40,360 bases of DNA from Nemertoderma westbladi (lineage: Eukaryota; Animalia; Xenacoelomorpha): the NCBI GenBank assembly GCA_032718475.1, contig JAUCBJ010006860.1:1-40360 (forward strand), in the 5' to 3' direction. This document shows, piece after piece, positions 1 through 10,399 of the stretch (within the stretch, counting starts at the first letter, position 1; each line of letters starts with the position of its first letter). Under the pieces are notes generated by a model. The model ran no database searches. It was not told the origin of the DNA and saw nothing but the letters and a program-made list of their open reading frames with translations. The translations under genes were made by a program, and so were the position numbers.

Positions 1-562
1 CAATTAAATTAAGTGAGTATGTTAATTAAGATTGATCAATTAGCGGTAACAGTTTATACTTTCGATAATTCAAGCAGTTCTGCAGTTCACGGTACAGCAG
101 TATCTATCTAAAAAATGCCGGTGTTTCTGGCTTAGACAGCAATAACAACAAAAGTAACAACTCTCTCTCTCTCTCCAGTCAGACCGAACACTCTCCCTAT
201 GATCGACAGGAAAGCTACACGTCGACAGGAAAAACCGCCCTGATTGGCCCAAGCCAAACAAAGAACCACGCTGCCAATGGCTGTTTCCATGTCAGCAACC
301 AGCTGCTAGATGTCGTAATATGAATCATCACGGCTAAGCTGTGAAAGGTGGTTTGTGCATTACAAGTTTTTGTCTTACCATGTCCGCTAAAACACGTATA
401 TAGCAGAATGATTTTTATGTCCGTTAAAACACCTGTAAAGGTACCTTGCGGGCGAGGGGAATATATATACAGTTAGAAAACCCTTTTTAGAGTATTCCAG
501 CGCCGGGGGGGGAACTGGCCAGCAAAGGCAAACGTATCAGTTATCCCACAAAAGCTTTTACA
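1..562 (-). mobile_element. Partial LTR of a third BEL/Pao-family copy (copy C; 5' LTR or solo LTR), truncated by the window start
   Basis: On the minus strand it starts TGTAAAAGCTTTTG at 562, the same terminus as the LTRs at 1953, 22200 and 35049. About 485-562 matches 35049-35125 and about 380-445 matches 1803-1868. It interrupts the Merlin transposase frame at 563. Confidence 0.85.
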
Positions 563-751
563 GAAAGGTCGGTCGCGATTTAAAAGTCTCCACCGAAATT
601 CTGACAGGTGGCCAGCAATAAGTTGCGGTGTTGTGCATTTCTTATTGCGGATGACTGACGTCTTTAAGTGGCCCCACATCGACTCTATACGTTGAGTGTG
701 GGTGCCAGTCGCACTCACCCACTCTACCGAATGGTTGACGGTTTCGTGTAT
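563..751 (-). pseudogene. Merlin/IS1595(ISXO2)-type DDE transposase, C-terminal piece
   Basis: Translates IHETVNHSVEWVSATGTHTQRIESMWGHLK, with the HxTVNHS and HTQxIESxW motifs. It joins in frame with ...GTY-IH at 22201 once 752-22200 and one TGTAT copy are removed. Confidence 0.9.
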
Positions 752-1953
752 TGTTCGCGCTTTCAGACCTTTAGCAGTTTAACCTGCCAAATTGGGATGT
801 CTTCTAGATAATAGATCGTCTTTAGCCTATGACAAGTATTTGATACACTACATTAGCCGAAGCCAGTCTATGCGCGATCATTCACCCGCTGGATATACCC
901 GGGAGACTGGATTCGGAAGCCTAACCGTATTGCGGTGTAGGCCTACTGTATTATTCGACTGATCGTAATATATAATCTCTGACAAATATTATTCACTCTC
1001 GGGAAATATTAACAGTTCCTTTAGGACGTGGCGCTCTAAATATGTAAACAGAGTTATGACTTAAACTAGACACAACGGGATGGCTATAGATTCATGTATA
1101 TGGCGCATTCTTTAGGAGATGCTTTGTTATCAGTCACAATCATACACAATACTGCACAATGCTGCACACCGATCTGCCGACCTTCACTAATTTTAGTCAC
1201 ATACAAAGAGAACAACAACCAATACATGTAGGGCCTATGAAATAGCATTAGATTCACTTCAAAACCACTTTAATGTAAGTCGCAATCGTTATATGTAACC
1301 GGTCTCTCTAACCTTCAGTATATCAAGAAGATTGGGGTGTCTGATTATTGATTGATATTCTCCAATATAATAATATTCCATCAACAGATATAATGAATAA
1401 CCGACAGTAAATAGCAGTAAAAATGCGGTGTTTGTAGTTGACAATATGATTAGGTGAGTGAGTTGTGAGATGCGTTTGGTTTGATATGATTAGTTAAGAT
1501 AACAGATATACATTCTATAATTAAGCCTACTAATGTTGGGCTAAAGACTGAAAACACAGAGATTCCAAAAGCCGGTCTTCTGGGCTCAGGACAAAATGTA
1601 AACATTGACCCATAATGCATTGCGCGATTTCTCGGAGGTTTCTGTACAAAAAGCAGGAGAATCGCTCTGATTGGTTGACCGAACAAAGAAACACCAGAGA
1701 ACAAGGAAAAAGCTACACGTGTACAGCTCAGCTGTTAGCTGTCGTCATAGTAACTACACTGTTTCAAGAGGATCTAGCGCATTGCGTCATAGAATTGCTA
1801 ATTATGTCCGCTAAAGTACACATACAGAATAAATGGCTTTGTATGTCCACTAAAACACCAGTACAGTAAGGATACGGCCTTTTATGCCTGTTAAACCAAC
1901 TACAGAGTACTTTACGGGGAAAATAACCGGCTAATTCCGCAAAAGCTTTTACA
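752..1953 (-). repeat. 3' LTR of copy A (1202 bp)
   Basis: Direct repeat of 20999-22200 with about nine substitutions by eye. The minus strand starts TGTAAAAGC and ends GCGCGAACA. Confidence 0.96.
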
Positions 1954-1961
1954 CCGCTCCC
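1954..1961 (-). promoter_or_regulatory. Probable polypurine tract
   Basis: Minus-strand GGGAGCGG immediately precedes the TG of the 3' LTR. Confidence 0.6.
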
Positions 1962-2031
1962 AGAAAATGGGATTTTAGTCTATAAAATATAAAAAATCAC
2001 AGTTTCTAAAATATAAAAATACTCTAAACAG

Positions 2032-3390
2032 TTAGTTTTTCTTGCGCGGACGGCGTTTACGCAGTTTTTTGAGGCTAGCAAGAGTCCTTTTCTCTTTGGG
2101 GCGAGCCACTTTACTAGGAGGGCTATAACCCTTGGGTAAAGGGTGCAATACAATTGCATCTGAAGGTTTAGGGTTACGGTCGATGTCTCGTCTATTTCGA
2201 TATGCTTCTCCTCGAGTTGATTTTCCTCCGCTTATCGTTGGATGCGTTCGTCCAAAACTCTTGCAGAGAATAGGGTCGTCCAAGTTCGATATTTTCTTAG
2301 AGATTCTGAATTTCCTGATCGAACTGAGATAAAGTTAATTCGTTTACCGCTTGGACTTGCTGCTGCAATTTACGTTTCTATAAACAATTGTAGGTTCATT
2401 TTCCGCTCTTTTGAAGAATAGTGTCCAACGCGTTTCGTACAACTCTCTCCTCCGCCTCGGTGACAGGTTGTATCGGGTTAAACAGGGACGATGATACGGT
2501 TGAGTGACGATATTAGATGTCCGCGTCCCAATCCGACTAGGTAAGTAATATTTAGGGAGCCCACAACCGGAGTGCCACCGACTAACTGTTCGGGTAACAC
2601 TAGATCTTTGAACAGTGAGTACAGTTCGGGAGGGTCCGTCATACTAATAGGATCAAGAGTCTGGGTTCTCACTAGGGAGTGAGGAGGTCTGACCGAGTAT
2701 TCCGGAACTCTGATCATAGGTTTATTTAAGGATCGTTTGAATCGAACGAGCGTAGGTGATACATCGAACAAGTTTCGCTCGAAACTCCCGTAAATTTAGC
2801 GAGTAAAACCGTGTTTAAAGCAACGTCTCCGCGGATGTATATGTCTTTCCGTTTATTGGTTGGGTCTTGGGCATTCCCATTCATTGCAATAATACCAAAG
2901 ACGCACGTCTTGTAGGGGAAACGCGGGTGATATTTATTCGGTTTTACAATGTTTCTCTCAAGAATTCCAAATATACGTTGGAGTTACCGCGTTTATCCGG
3001 TTCTTTAACGTCTTCTCTTTCGAGTCGATTTCGAATAGAATTTTCGCTTTCGATTCTCAACTTATCGTTCCGACTCCGCTGGGTATGATATTTAAATAGG
3101 ACCATTTCCCTTTCGGTGTCGATATCGTCCGTATCGTGTAAATCGATAGGGTGGCCAGTAGTTAAGAAGTCCATATACGTACCATTACAATGCGTATAGC
3201 GAGCAGTGAATTTTCGATAGTCCAATTCACGCGTAAGTTGCTCCTGGGACATCGGCGGTTCGATATAACGACCATCGTCCTCCGTAGTAGTTGGACTAGC
3301 GTCGCTGCGTATCAAGCTATCAACAAACGCTTGCAACGGTAGAGTATATTTTTCCCTGATACCAAAATCATCTTCTATCAACTGAGTCAT
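2032..3390 (-). pseudogene. Decayed accessory ORF of unknown function in the env position of copy A
   Basis: Colinear sense-strand ORF pieces 3390-2944, 2771-2478 and 2283-2032, linked by frames broken by stops and frameshifts. About 450 codons in total, no recognised domain, basic C-terminus. Confidence 0.5.
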
Positions 3391-4004
3391 AGCTGCTATA
3401 TGAGTTTATCAATATTATAATGAGTTTATATTTAGGCTAGCGAGCGTCGCTGCCTACCCCTCTCGGCCCCCGGACAGCGCAAGATCCTCAGCGCTGGTGT
3501 ACTTTCGCCGATGTGCCTATCGCCAACGTCGTAGCTGCACAACGACCACAACAACCAGCGCGAGTCACTCCACCGTCCGTCCCAAAGGCTTATATTTACT
3601 TCAGGTTCTTACTGGAGAGTTAGGGCTACTTTCACAATTGCGACTCGCTACTGTAAACACACTTTAGTAGTAACATTCACCTATAAACGCACAAATTCCA
3701 CACAACTGTCACAAATCGCACACATTCGGGCCATTTGTCCGTTAGTCAGTGCCTTCCAGAATGCCACGTTATTATTAAGTATCCTGGGATACTAGCAGTA
3801 TGCTATTTATTCCTTATGCTATTCAATGGGCAAGCTTTATTGTTCTTTTAACTCACTTCTAATTCTAGCGTGGTTGTTGCCATGGTGACATTATGGAAAG
3901 CTAGCGGTAGAATTAGGGTAATTCTCATGCATACAGATCTGGGATGCTATTTAATAGTAATTTATTCCCGTAAATTTTATTATTTAATATTAAATGGACA
4001 CAAT

Positions 4005-4285
4005 TTTATTCCAGAACATGCCTGGGGACTGGGATCCTTGATTCTAGGAAATTGATCTTTTTAAGAATATCGGTAAGTGCTACGATATCTTAATTGACTA
4101 GAATTTTAAAGGATCTGAAATTTGAAAGATTTTGTAAATATTAATAATTAATATTTAGGATAGGCACCGGTTTATTCCAGAACTTGTCTGGGGACGTTAA
4201 CCACTGATTCTAGAATTTTGTCTTTCAAGTATATCGGTGGGTGCCGCGATATCTTAATCGACTAGAATTACAGATGGTCAAAAGG
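4005..4285. repeat. Two diverged direct repeats (period 166 bp), each with internal inverted repeats
   Basis: TTTATTCCAGAAC...GATTCTAG...ATATCGGT...CGATATCTTAAT.GACTAGAATT starts at 4005 and at 4171. Confidence 0.75.
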
Positions 4286-4345
4286 TTTAACAGATTTATT
4301 TTTGCGTTGTACGCTACTGTTAAAGGGACATCACGCTACTATATG

Positions 4346-5840
4346 TAGGGATGTCCCGGAATTCCGTTCCGGCCGGAATTCCGGCGGTTTTTGCCCGATT
4401 CCGGTTCCGGCCGGAATTGCCGGAATGGGGTCAATTCCGGCCGGAATTTTACCGGAATTTCAAGGTTCATATCTAGTTTAATAGCTGCAATTAGTTTGTT
4501 ATATTATTATCAACATTTATATATTTTTTAAACAATATTACCAATTAGTTTAAGATACTTTTCAACACTTGTAAAAAAGTATAGAAATAAAGTTTTCTTC
4601 GACCGTTAGAGCTAACATTTGGATGCAAGGAATAGATGCCCCCTGGTTAGCCCCTTCAAACCATTCGTGCCGAAACGAAAACTGTCTTGGCCCACATGCA
4701 GGGATCGAACCCACGACCTCCAGATAGATTGGAATTCAATGCAACCACTACACCAAGGTGGAACCTAACTAACCTATCTAACGAGGGAAAATTCACAGCC
4801 ACCCTGTTTATTACAGTGAAATCAGTCTTGATGGGTATGTATCACATTTCCATAAATTTTTTTTTTGACTCAAAAATGAGTCATATGTCAAAAGATGGAA
4901 CATGGGACATAATCACAGTCGTAACTTACGATTTACCATTGGAGACGCTAACATTGAAACCAATGTGTTCCATAATTTATTCTGACTAAGACTACATAGA
5001 CTTACCAGTGGAGCACGGGCCTTAAATGGTGGTTTTTCCAATTTGCTTATAAAATGGCGTTTTTTAGATTGATTTTACATAATTTTACATTGATCTTACA
5101 ATATTTTACATTGAATTTAAATTATTTTACATTGATTTTATATTATTTTACTTTGCATTAATTATTAAATAATATGATAATTACAGGAGGCTAAATAAAT
5201 TGCTAACCTTCTAATGTTAGCAATGAAACTCGATTAACGATTAACACAATTACAATTACTACTTTAACCTAAAACTAATATAAATATAAGACGTTATTAC
5301 AACACGTACAGGTCCTGCGAGTGGTCGTTAGTTCAGTTCTGCGTCGTAGGTGCTGCATAATTAGTTTAATTTATATTTACAGCAAATCCATTTCTTACCA
5401 TAAATCTATTTATTCCCAGCAATAATTAAACTGTAACATGTGATGTACTAGTGGCCTCGTTTATTGTTTTGGTTCGAATAACATGTCACTGTAACCTGCT
5501 CCTTTTCCTTAAAGACACCAGGATATTGCACCAAAGGACCTAATGACGCGATAGGCCATAACAAACAGCTCAGGTCATTCTCCACTCCACCCACCTTAAT
5601 TCCCCCCCCCCCCCCCCCCCCCCCAAGGGTCTGAGTCATCTCATTAACAAACTTACTGTAGAAATTAAAAAAATTCATTTGTTTCATAAAAAATTATAAA
5701 ATTTCCTGGGTCATTTAGTTTATTTCACTAATTATAGAAAATTCCGGTTCCGGTCGGAATTCCGGCCGGAATATTCCGGCATGTTGAATTCCGGTTCCGG
5801 TTACGGCCGGAATCAAAATATCGATTCCGGGACATCCCTA
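4346..5840. mobile_element. Non-autonomous hAT-type DNA transposon (MITE)
   Basis: TIRs TAGGGATGTCCCGGAAT / ATTCCGGGACATCCCTA, an 8-bp TSD ACTATATG (4338-4345, 5841-5848), subterminal CCGGAATT repeats at both ends, and no transposase. Confidence 0.92.
4591..4766 (-). mobile_element. tRNA-derived SINE, internally deleted copy
   Basis: Minus-strand A box TGGTGTAGTGG and B box GGTTCGATCC; homologous to 29021-29274. Confidence 0.8.
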
Positions 5841-6265
5841 ACTATATGTATTATTTAAGATACGGTATGAGAGCAATATCGCACGAAGCAATGTCAGTGA
5901 GAAGAGGCAAGTCGTTTCCAAGGTCTACCCAGAGCTTGGTTTAGCCGAGACACGAGGATCTGAATTTTGCATTCCTAATACTCTACTTACCAATAATACT
6001 TGAATATAGTAGGAGCTTTATTGTACTTTAATAAGTACGGATATTTCATCTTACTGTAGTTACGTATTTGTAATGTAATACGGACAGTAAGGAAAGAGAA
6101 AAGAATTATTTCTCGCCGTCGCACTAAATATATAATATATAAGTAATTAAATAATAAACACTAATATATATTGCACTAATCTACTAAATAATCGCTAAAA
6201 TAACATTCTACTAAATAAAATTAAAGAAAACGATTATAATAAAATTACATAATAATACATACATA

Positions 6266-7021
6266 TTCCGTCGATGTTCCGGTAACGGTAAAGCTACGGA
6301 AGGTGGACCACGTCTATCACGTCCAGGTCTCTCGTATCGAGAGGCGCTATCTGCAAAGGGAGTACATACTCGCTCCGGGAGTCCTGTTTATCGTGAATCG
6401 CCAGGCGCTCAGAGTGTTCGACCAAAGACGGTAGCTCATCGGTCGTATTCACCTGCACCAGAACTTCGAAGGCCAGCTACACCATCGGCAACCTTGCGTT
6501 CCAATCCGTATCACGCCTTATCTGTCACGTCACAGGCAGGCAGTGCTAAGCGACCGAGACCGGCATCCACCTCCGGCGATGACGGGGGCGGTGGTCCGCC
6601 TGCCAGCCATCCTGACGTGCTGGAGATTCCGGTGGATGAGGGGGGGCCATTCCAGCTCCAGCGTAAACAACGGCGACGACATATCGTCGGTACCGGTGGT
6701 AGTGCAGGAACCGGGGCGTCTGGGGTTTCTGCTCGTAAAACAAAAGCTGCTCCGGCTAACATCTTCGTCTTCCGAGTTCACAAGTCGGTAACTACCGCTG
6801 ATCTAGTTTCCGATCTCGCTGAATCAGGTATCACAATCCAGGTCTCAGACATTGAAATAAAGTCCCATAGCGATACCAGATCGAATAGTTATAAGATATC
6901 AGTTCCGCAGTCTGCTTATCAGAAGGCACTCTCCCCTGAAACGTGGGGAGCTGGGATTTGTGTTCGACCTTGGCGTTATTATAGTAATAACTCGCAGGGG
7001 CGCATTGATAATAATACATGA
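6266..7021 (+). CDS. LINE ORF1, C-terminal part (5' truncated, no ATG)
   Basis: Frame is open from about 6266. Contains SYREAL and a C-terminal IFVFRV...SYKISVP...PETWGAGICVRPW domain resembling LINE ORF1 RRM-like domains, and lies directly before ORF2. Confidence 0.7.
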   Translation, partial: FRRCSGNGKATEGGPRLSRPGLSYREALSAKGVHTRSGSPVYRESPGAQSVRPKTVAHRSYSPAPELRRPATPSATLRSNPYHALSVTSQAGSAKRPRPASTSGDDGGGGPPASHPDVLEIPVDEGGPFQLQRKQRRRHIVGTGGSAGTGASGVSARKTKAAPANIFVFRVHKSVTTADLVSDLAESGITIQVSDIEIKSHSDTRSNSYKISVPQSAYQKALSPETWGAGICVRPWRYYSNNSQGRIDNNT

Positions 7022-7110
7022 TCAGGGGTCGTGATGTCATTTCATAATCTTTTTGTTATTTAAATTTTAGCATTAGCGTGTATATATTCTAAACTCAATA
7101 TTATACTAAA

Positions 7111-10100
7111 ATGGCTACCTCAAATCCTACTGTTGTTAACAATAGTTTTTGTATTTCATCCTACAATAGCACTGGTTTGTCGCCGGATAAACGGGAATTT
7201 ATAAATATGTTATTATTAGGGAGTGACATAGTCTGTTTGCAAGAACACTTTGTGCTAAGAGAGAATAGTTATATAATAAAATCAGCTTTTAGCGACTATC
7301 AGTGCATAATACAGCCTGCAACTTATCCCGTGAATGAAATCCGTGCAGGCAGGCCATCAGGTGGATTATGTTATATTTTTCGAAATAAATTATCTAAATA
7401 CATTTCTAGAATAAATGTGAAGAATACGCGTTTACAAGCAATACGTTTACATTTACCAAATGATAAACCATTGGTTATTATCAATTCTTATTTTCCGGTT
7501 GACTCGCGTGATAATAATATCAGCGACGATTTACTTATGACAATAAACGATATTAAAGATATTATTTTATCAGTTAATCAGTGCAATATTCTGCTCACAG
7601 GGGATTTTAATGCTGACTTCTGCCGCACTACGATGCACTGTAGTTTAATTAATCAAATGCTACAAGAATTTCAATTCGATCGCCTTTGGGATTCTTACCC
7701 AGTTGACTATACATATACATGTTTTAGAGAGAATTCAGCATTTCATTCAACGTTGGATCATTTTTTCAGTAATTCACAATTTTGTGAAAATATTTTTGAT
7801 TCAGGTGTTATTCATACTGGTGTCAATTTGTCATTTCATTCCCCAATTTTTCTTAAGTTTAAAGTAAATGTTTCAAATGTGCAATGCGATAGCAATGATA
7901 ATGATAATGGTAGTAATATAGGTGAAGGTAATGTAAAATTTAAACGTTCCACTAATGATCAGCAACGTGAATTTATTAACCAATTAACTATCAGATTGAA
8001 TTCATTAGCAGAACCGCTGCCTATGTGTACTCAGTGTAATAATATTTTTTGTAATGTTCCAGAACATTTGTTATCTACTGAGAAATATGCCTTAGATATA
8101 TTGGAAGCTATTGACCAGTGTAGCAGTAATATTTTACATCGTAGTAATGGAAGTAGGGGATCCCCCTTTAATCATCCTATTATCCCCGGGTGGTCTGAAC
8201 GGGTGAAACCGTTCAGAGATGATGCTATGTTTTGGCATTCCTTGTGGGTCTCGGCGGGTTGCCCAAATGTATCACAAAATAGCCACTTATATCATATGCG
8301 AAGGGTCTCTCGCGCTCAGTATAAATATGCTGTTCGCCGGGTGAAACGCTCAGCTGATAATGTGCGAAGGGATAAATTAATTGAGGCCTGCTTGTTGAAT
8401 AATACTGACATCTTTAAGGAAATAAGGAATCTCCGTTTCTCATCGAATAATGTTAGTTCATCGATCGATGGTTGTACAGACCCGCAGTCTATCGCCGATC
8501 GATTTGCGGGAATCTATTCATCTTTGTATAATCAGCCATACAATTCAGATTTAGAAGCATTGAAGGCACTAATTGATGCCAAGTTGGTAAATTGTACTCT
8601 GGACGATGTTCCTCGGGTTTCTCCGGATTTAGTTGCTGAGGGTCTCCACAGACTAAAAAGTTCTAAAACAGATGTGACTTTTGGCTTTGATTCTGACTGT
8701 CTAATCCATGGTCCTCCTGAACTTTGTTTTCATCTCAGTAATCTATTTAATTCCTTTTTGACTCACGGATTCGTTCCGCAATTTCTTTTGAATTGTGTTA
8801 TCATTCCATTGATCAAGGATAAGTTGGGCGATGATACAGTATCCGGAAATTATAGGGCCATCGCTTTGTCGTCTCTCCTGATTAAATTGTTTGAATGGGT
8901 GATGCTACTCGCACAGGCTGATTGTTTAAAATTGGATGAGTTACAGTTTGGGTTTCAACGGGGATCTAGTACCACTCAGTGTACTTGGGCTGCAACTGAG
9001 GTAATTAGTTTCTATTCCAGAAATGCAACTCCAGTGTTTGGCTGTTTGCTTGATCTTTCTAAAGCATTTGATATGGTGGAATGGTGCAAGCTGTTCCTTG
9101 AGCTCTTAAAGAAGGGGTTTTCTCCGTTTTACATCCGGTCTCTGTTATTTATCTACAATAATCAATCTTGTGTAGTGCGATGGAATAATACGCATTCTGA
9201 GTCTTTTACATCGTCCAATGGGGTACGCCAAGGGTCTGTTGCCTCGCCAATCTTATTCTGTATCTTACTTGATAAGCTGTTTAGGAAATTAAGAAATTCC
9301 AAAGTAGGTTGCTTCGTGGGGTCTGTATATTTTGGGGCGGTTGGTTATGCCGATGACCTATTTTTGCTATGTCCGTCCATCGTAGGCCTTCAGCATATGG
9401 TTAAATTGTGCGAAGAGTTTGCATCGGAAAACAAGTTAATATTCAGCACGAATCCGAATCCGGACAAGTCCAAGTCAAAGTGTATAGCTTTCGGGCGGGT
9501 CTGGGTTAAGCCTTTAGCGACAATTAAGTTGAACGGTTCGCCTCTTCCATGGGTTAAGGAGGCGCTGCATCTCGGTAACCTTCTTGACTTTAAAAACTCA
9601 ATGGAATCTGATATCGTGCGTAAACGAGGGCAGTTTATAGGCAAATTGAATGCCTTAAGGCAGGAACTATATTTTTCGGACCCGTTTGTGCTTTGCAATG
9701 TACAACGTAGTTATTGCACTAGTTTCTACGGTAGTAACCTGTGGAACCTTCTTTCGCCAACATGTATAAGAATTTTTAGCACCTGGAATGTAAATGTTAG
9801 AATGATTTTTGGATTACCATTTAATTCTCATCGATATATTGTTGAAAACCTAGTGCAGTTTAAACACCCGTGTATTATGCTTTACTCTCGCTTCGTTTCA
9901 TTTTGTTTATCATTACGTAGGTCTAACAAAATGTGCATTCGTTTTCTTGCTAATATATGTTTAGTTGATTGTCGTACCCGGTCTGGGAGAAATTTACGAG
10001 AAATAGGAAACATGTGTAACATATTTAATCTTGAATTGCTGACATCTCGTGCGGTATCTAATCTTACTTATGTACCGTTACTGAACGCAGATAAGTGGCG

Positions 10101-10209
10101 AGTTAATTTTTGTAGGGAAATTATTTGGTGCCTAAACAACGGAGGTATTGTAGATGGCTTTACCCGCCAGGAATTGAGTAATATTTTAAATAGTGTATCC
10201 TCATCATAA
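7111..10209 (+). CDS. LINE ORF2: apurinic-type endonuclease plus reverse transcriptase (1032 aa)
   Basis: APE motifs SYN, CLQEH, GDFNAD, LDHF, SFHSPI. RT motifs NYRAIAL, QFGF, LDLSKAFD, GVRQG, YADD. Uninterrupted. Confidence 0.95.
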   Translation: MATSNPTVVNNSFCISSYNSTGLSPDKREFINMLLLGSDIVCLQEHFVLRENSYIIKSAFSDYQCIIQPATYPVNEIRAGRPSGGLCYIFRNKLSKYISRINVKNTRLQAIRLHLPNDKPLVIINSYFPVDSRDNNISDDLLMTINDIKDIILSVNQCNILLTGDFNADFCRTTMHCSLINQMLQEFQFDRLWDSYPVDYTYTCFRENSAFHSTLDHFFSNSQFCENIFDSGVIHTGVNLSFHSPIFLKFKVNVSNVQCDSNDNDNGSNIGEGNVKFKRSTNDQQREFINQLTIRLNSLAEPLPMCTQCNNIFCNVPEHLLSTEKYALDILEAIDQCSSNILHRSNGSRGSPFNHPIIPGWSERVKPFRDDAMFWHSLWVSAGCPNVSQNSHLYHMRRVSRAQYKYAVRRVKRSADNVRRDKLIEACLLNNTDIFKEIRNLRFSSNNVSSSIDGCTDPQSIADRFAGIYSSLYNQPYNSDLEALKALIDAKLVNCTLDDVPRVSPDLVAEGLHRLKSSKTDVTFGFDSDCLIHGPPELCFHLSNLFNSFLTHGFVPQFLLNCVIIPLIKDKLGDDTVSGNYRAIALSSLLIKLFEWVMLLAQADCLKLDELQFGFQRGSSTTQCTWAATEVISFYSRNATPVFGCLLDLSKAFDMVEWCKLFLELLKKGFSPFYIRSLLFIYNNQSCVVRWNNTHSESFTSSNGVRQGSVASPILFCILLDKLFRKLRNSKVGCFVGSVYFGAVGYADDLFLLCPSIVGLQHMVKLCEEFASENKLIFSTNPNPDKSKSKCIAFGRVWVKPLATIKLNGSPLPWVKEALHLGNLLDFKNSMESDIVRKRGQFIGKLNALRQELYFSDPFVLCNVQRSYCTSFYGSNLWNLLSPTCIRIFSTWNVNVRMIFGLPFNSHRYIVENLVQFKHPCIMLYSRFVSFCLSLRRSNKMCIRFLANICLVDCRTRSGRNLREIGNMCNIFNLELLTSRAVSNLTYVPLLNADKWRVNFCREIIWCLNNGGIVDGFTRQELSNILNSVSSS

Positions 10210-10399
10210 TTAATTACCTTCTTAGATCTGCAGTACTTAGACATATCATATTATTTTATAATAGTGCTTGTATTATTAACCTATTGTGCTTTGTGTACCC
10301 ATCTGTATATTTGGTGTACGAAATTAAATTAAATTAAATAAATATAAAATAATAAAACAAATATAAAATAATATAGTCACACACCCACTCCAGACGCTG

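Larger units (their letters stand above)
6266..10340 (+). mobile_element. 5'-truncated non-LTR retrotransposon (LINE, APE+RT) inserted antisense into the 3' region of copy A
   Basis: ORF1 remnant, intact ORF2, short 3' UTR ending in an (AAATT)n/AT-rich tail at about 10321-10340. No TSD identified, so boundaries are approximate. Clade not determined. Confidence 0.88.

Noticed and set aside
1450-1869. Duplicated 84-aa ORFs (also 21697-22116)
   Set aside because: They lie within the LTRs and are repeated only because the LTR is; no equivalent appears for the copy B LTR.
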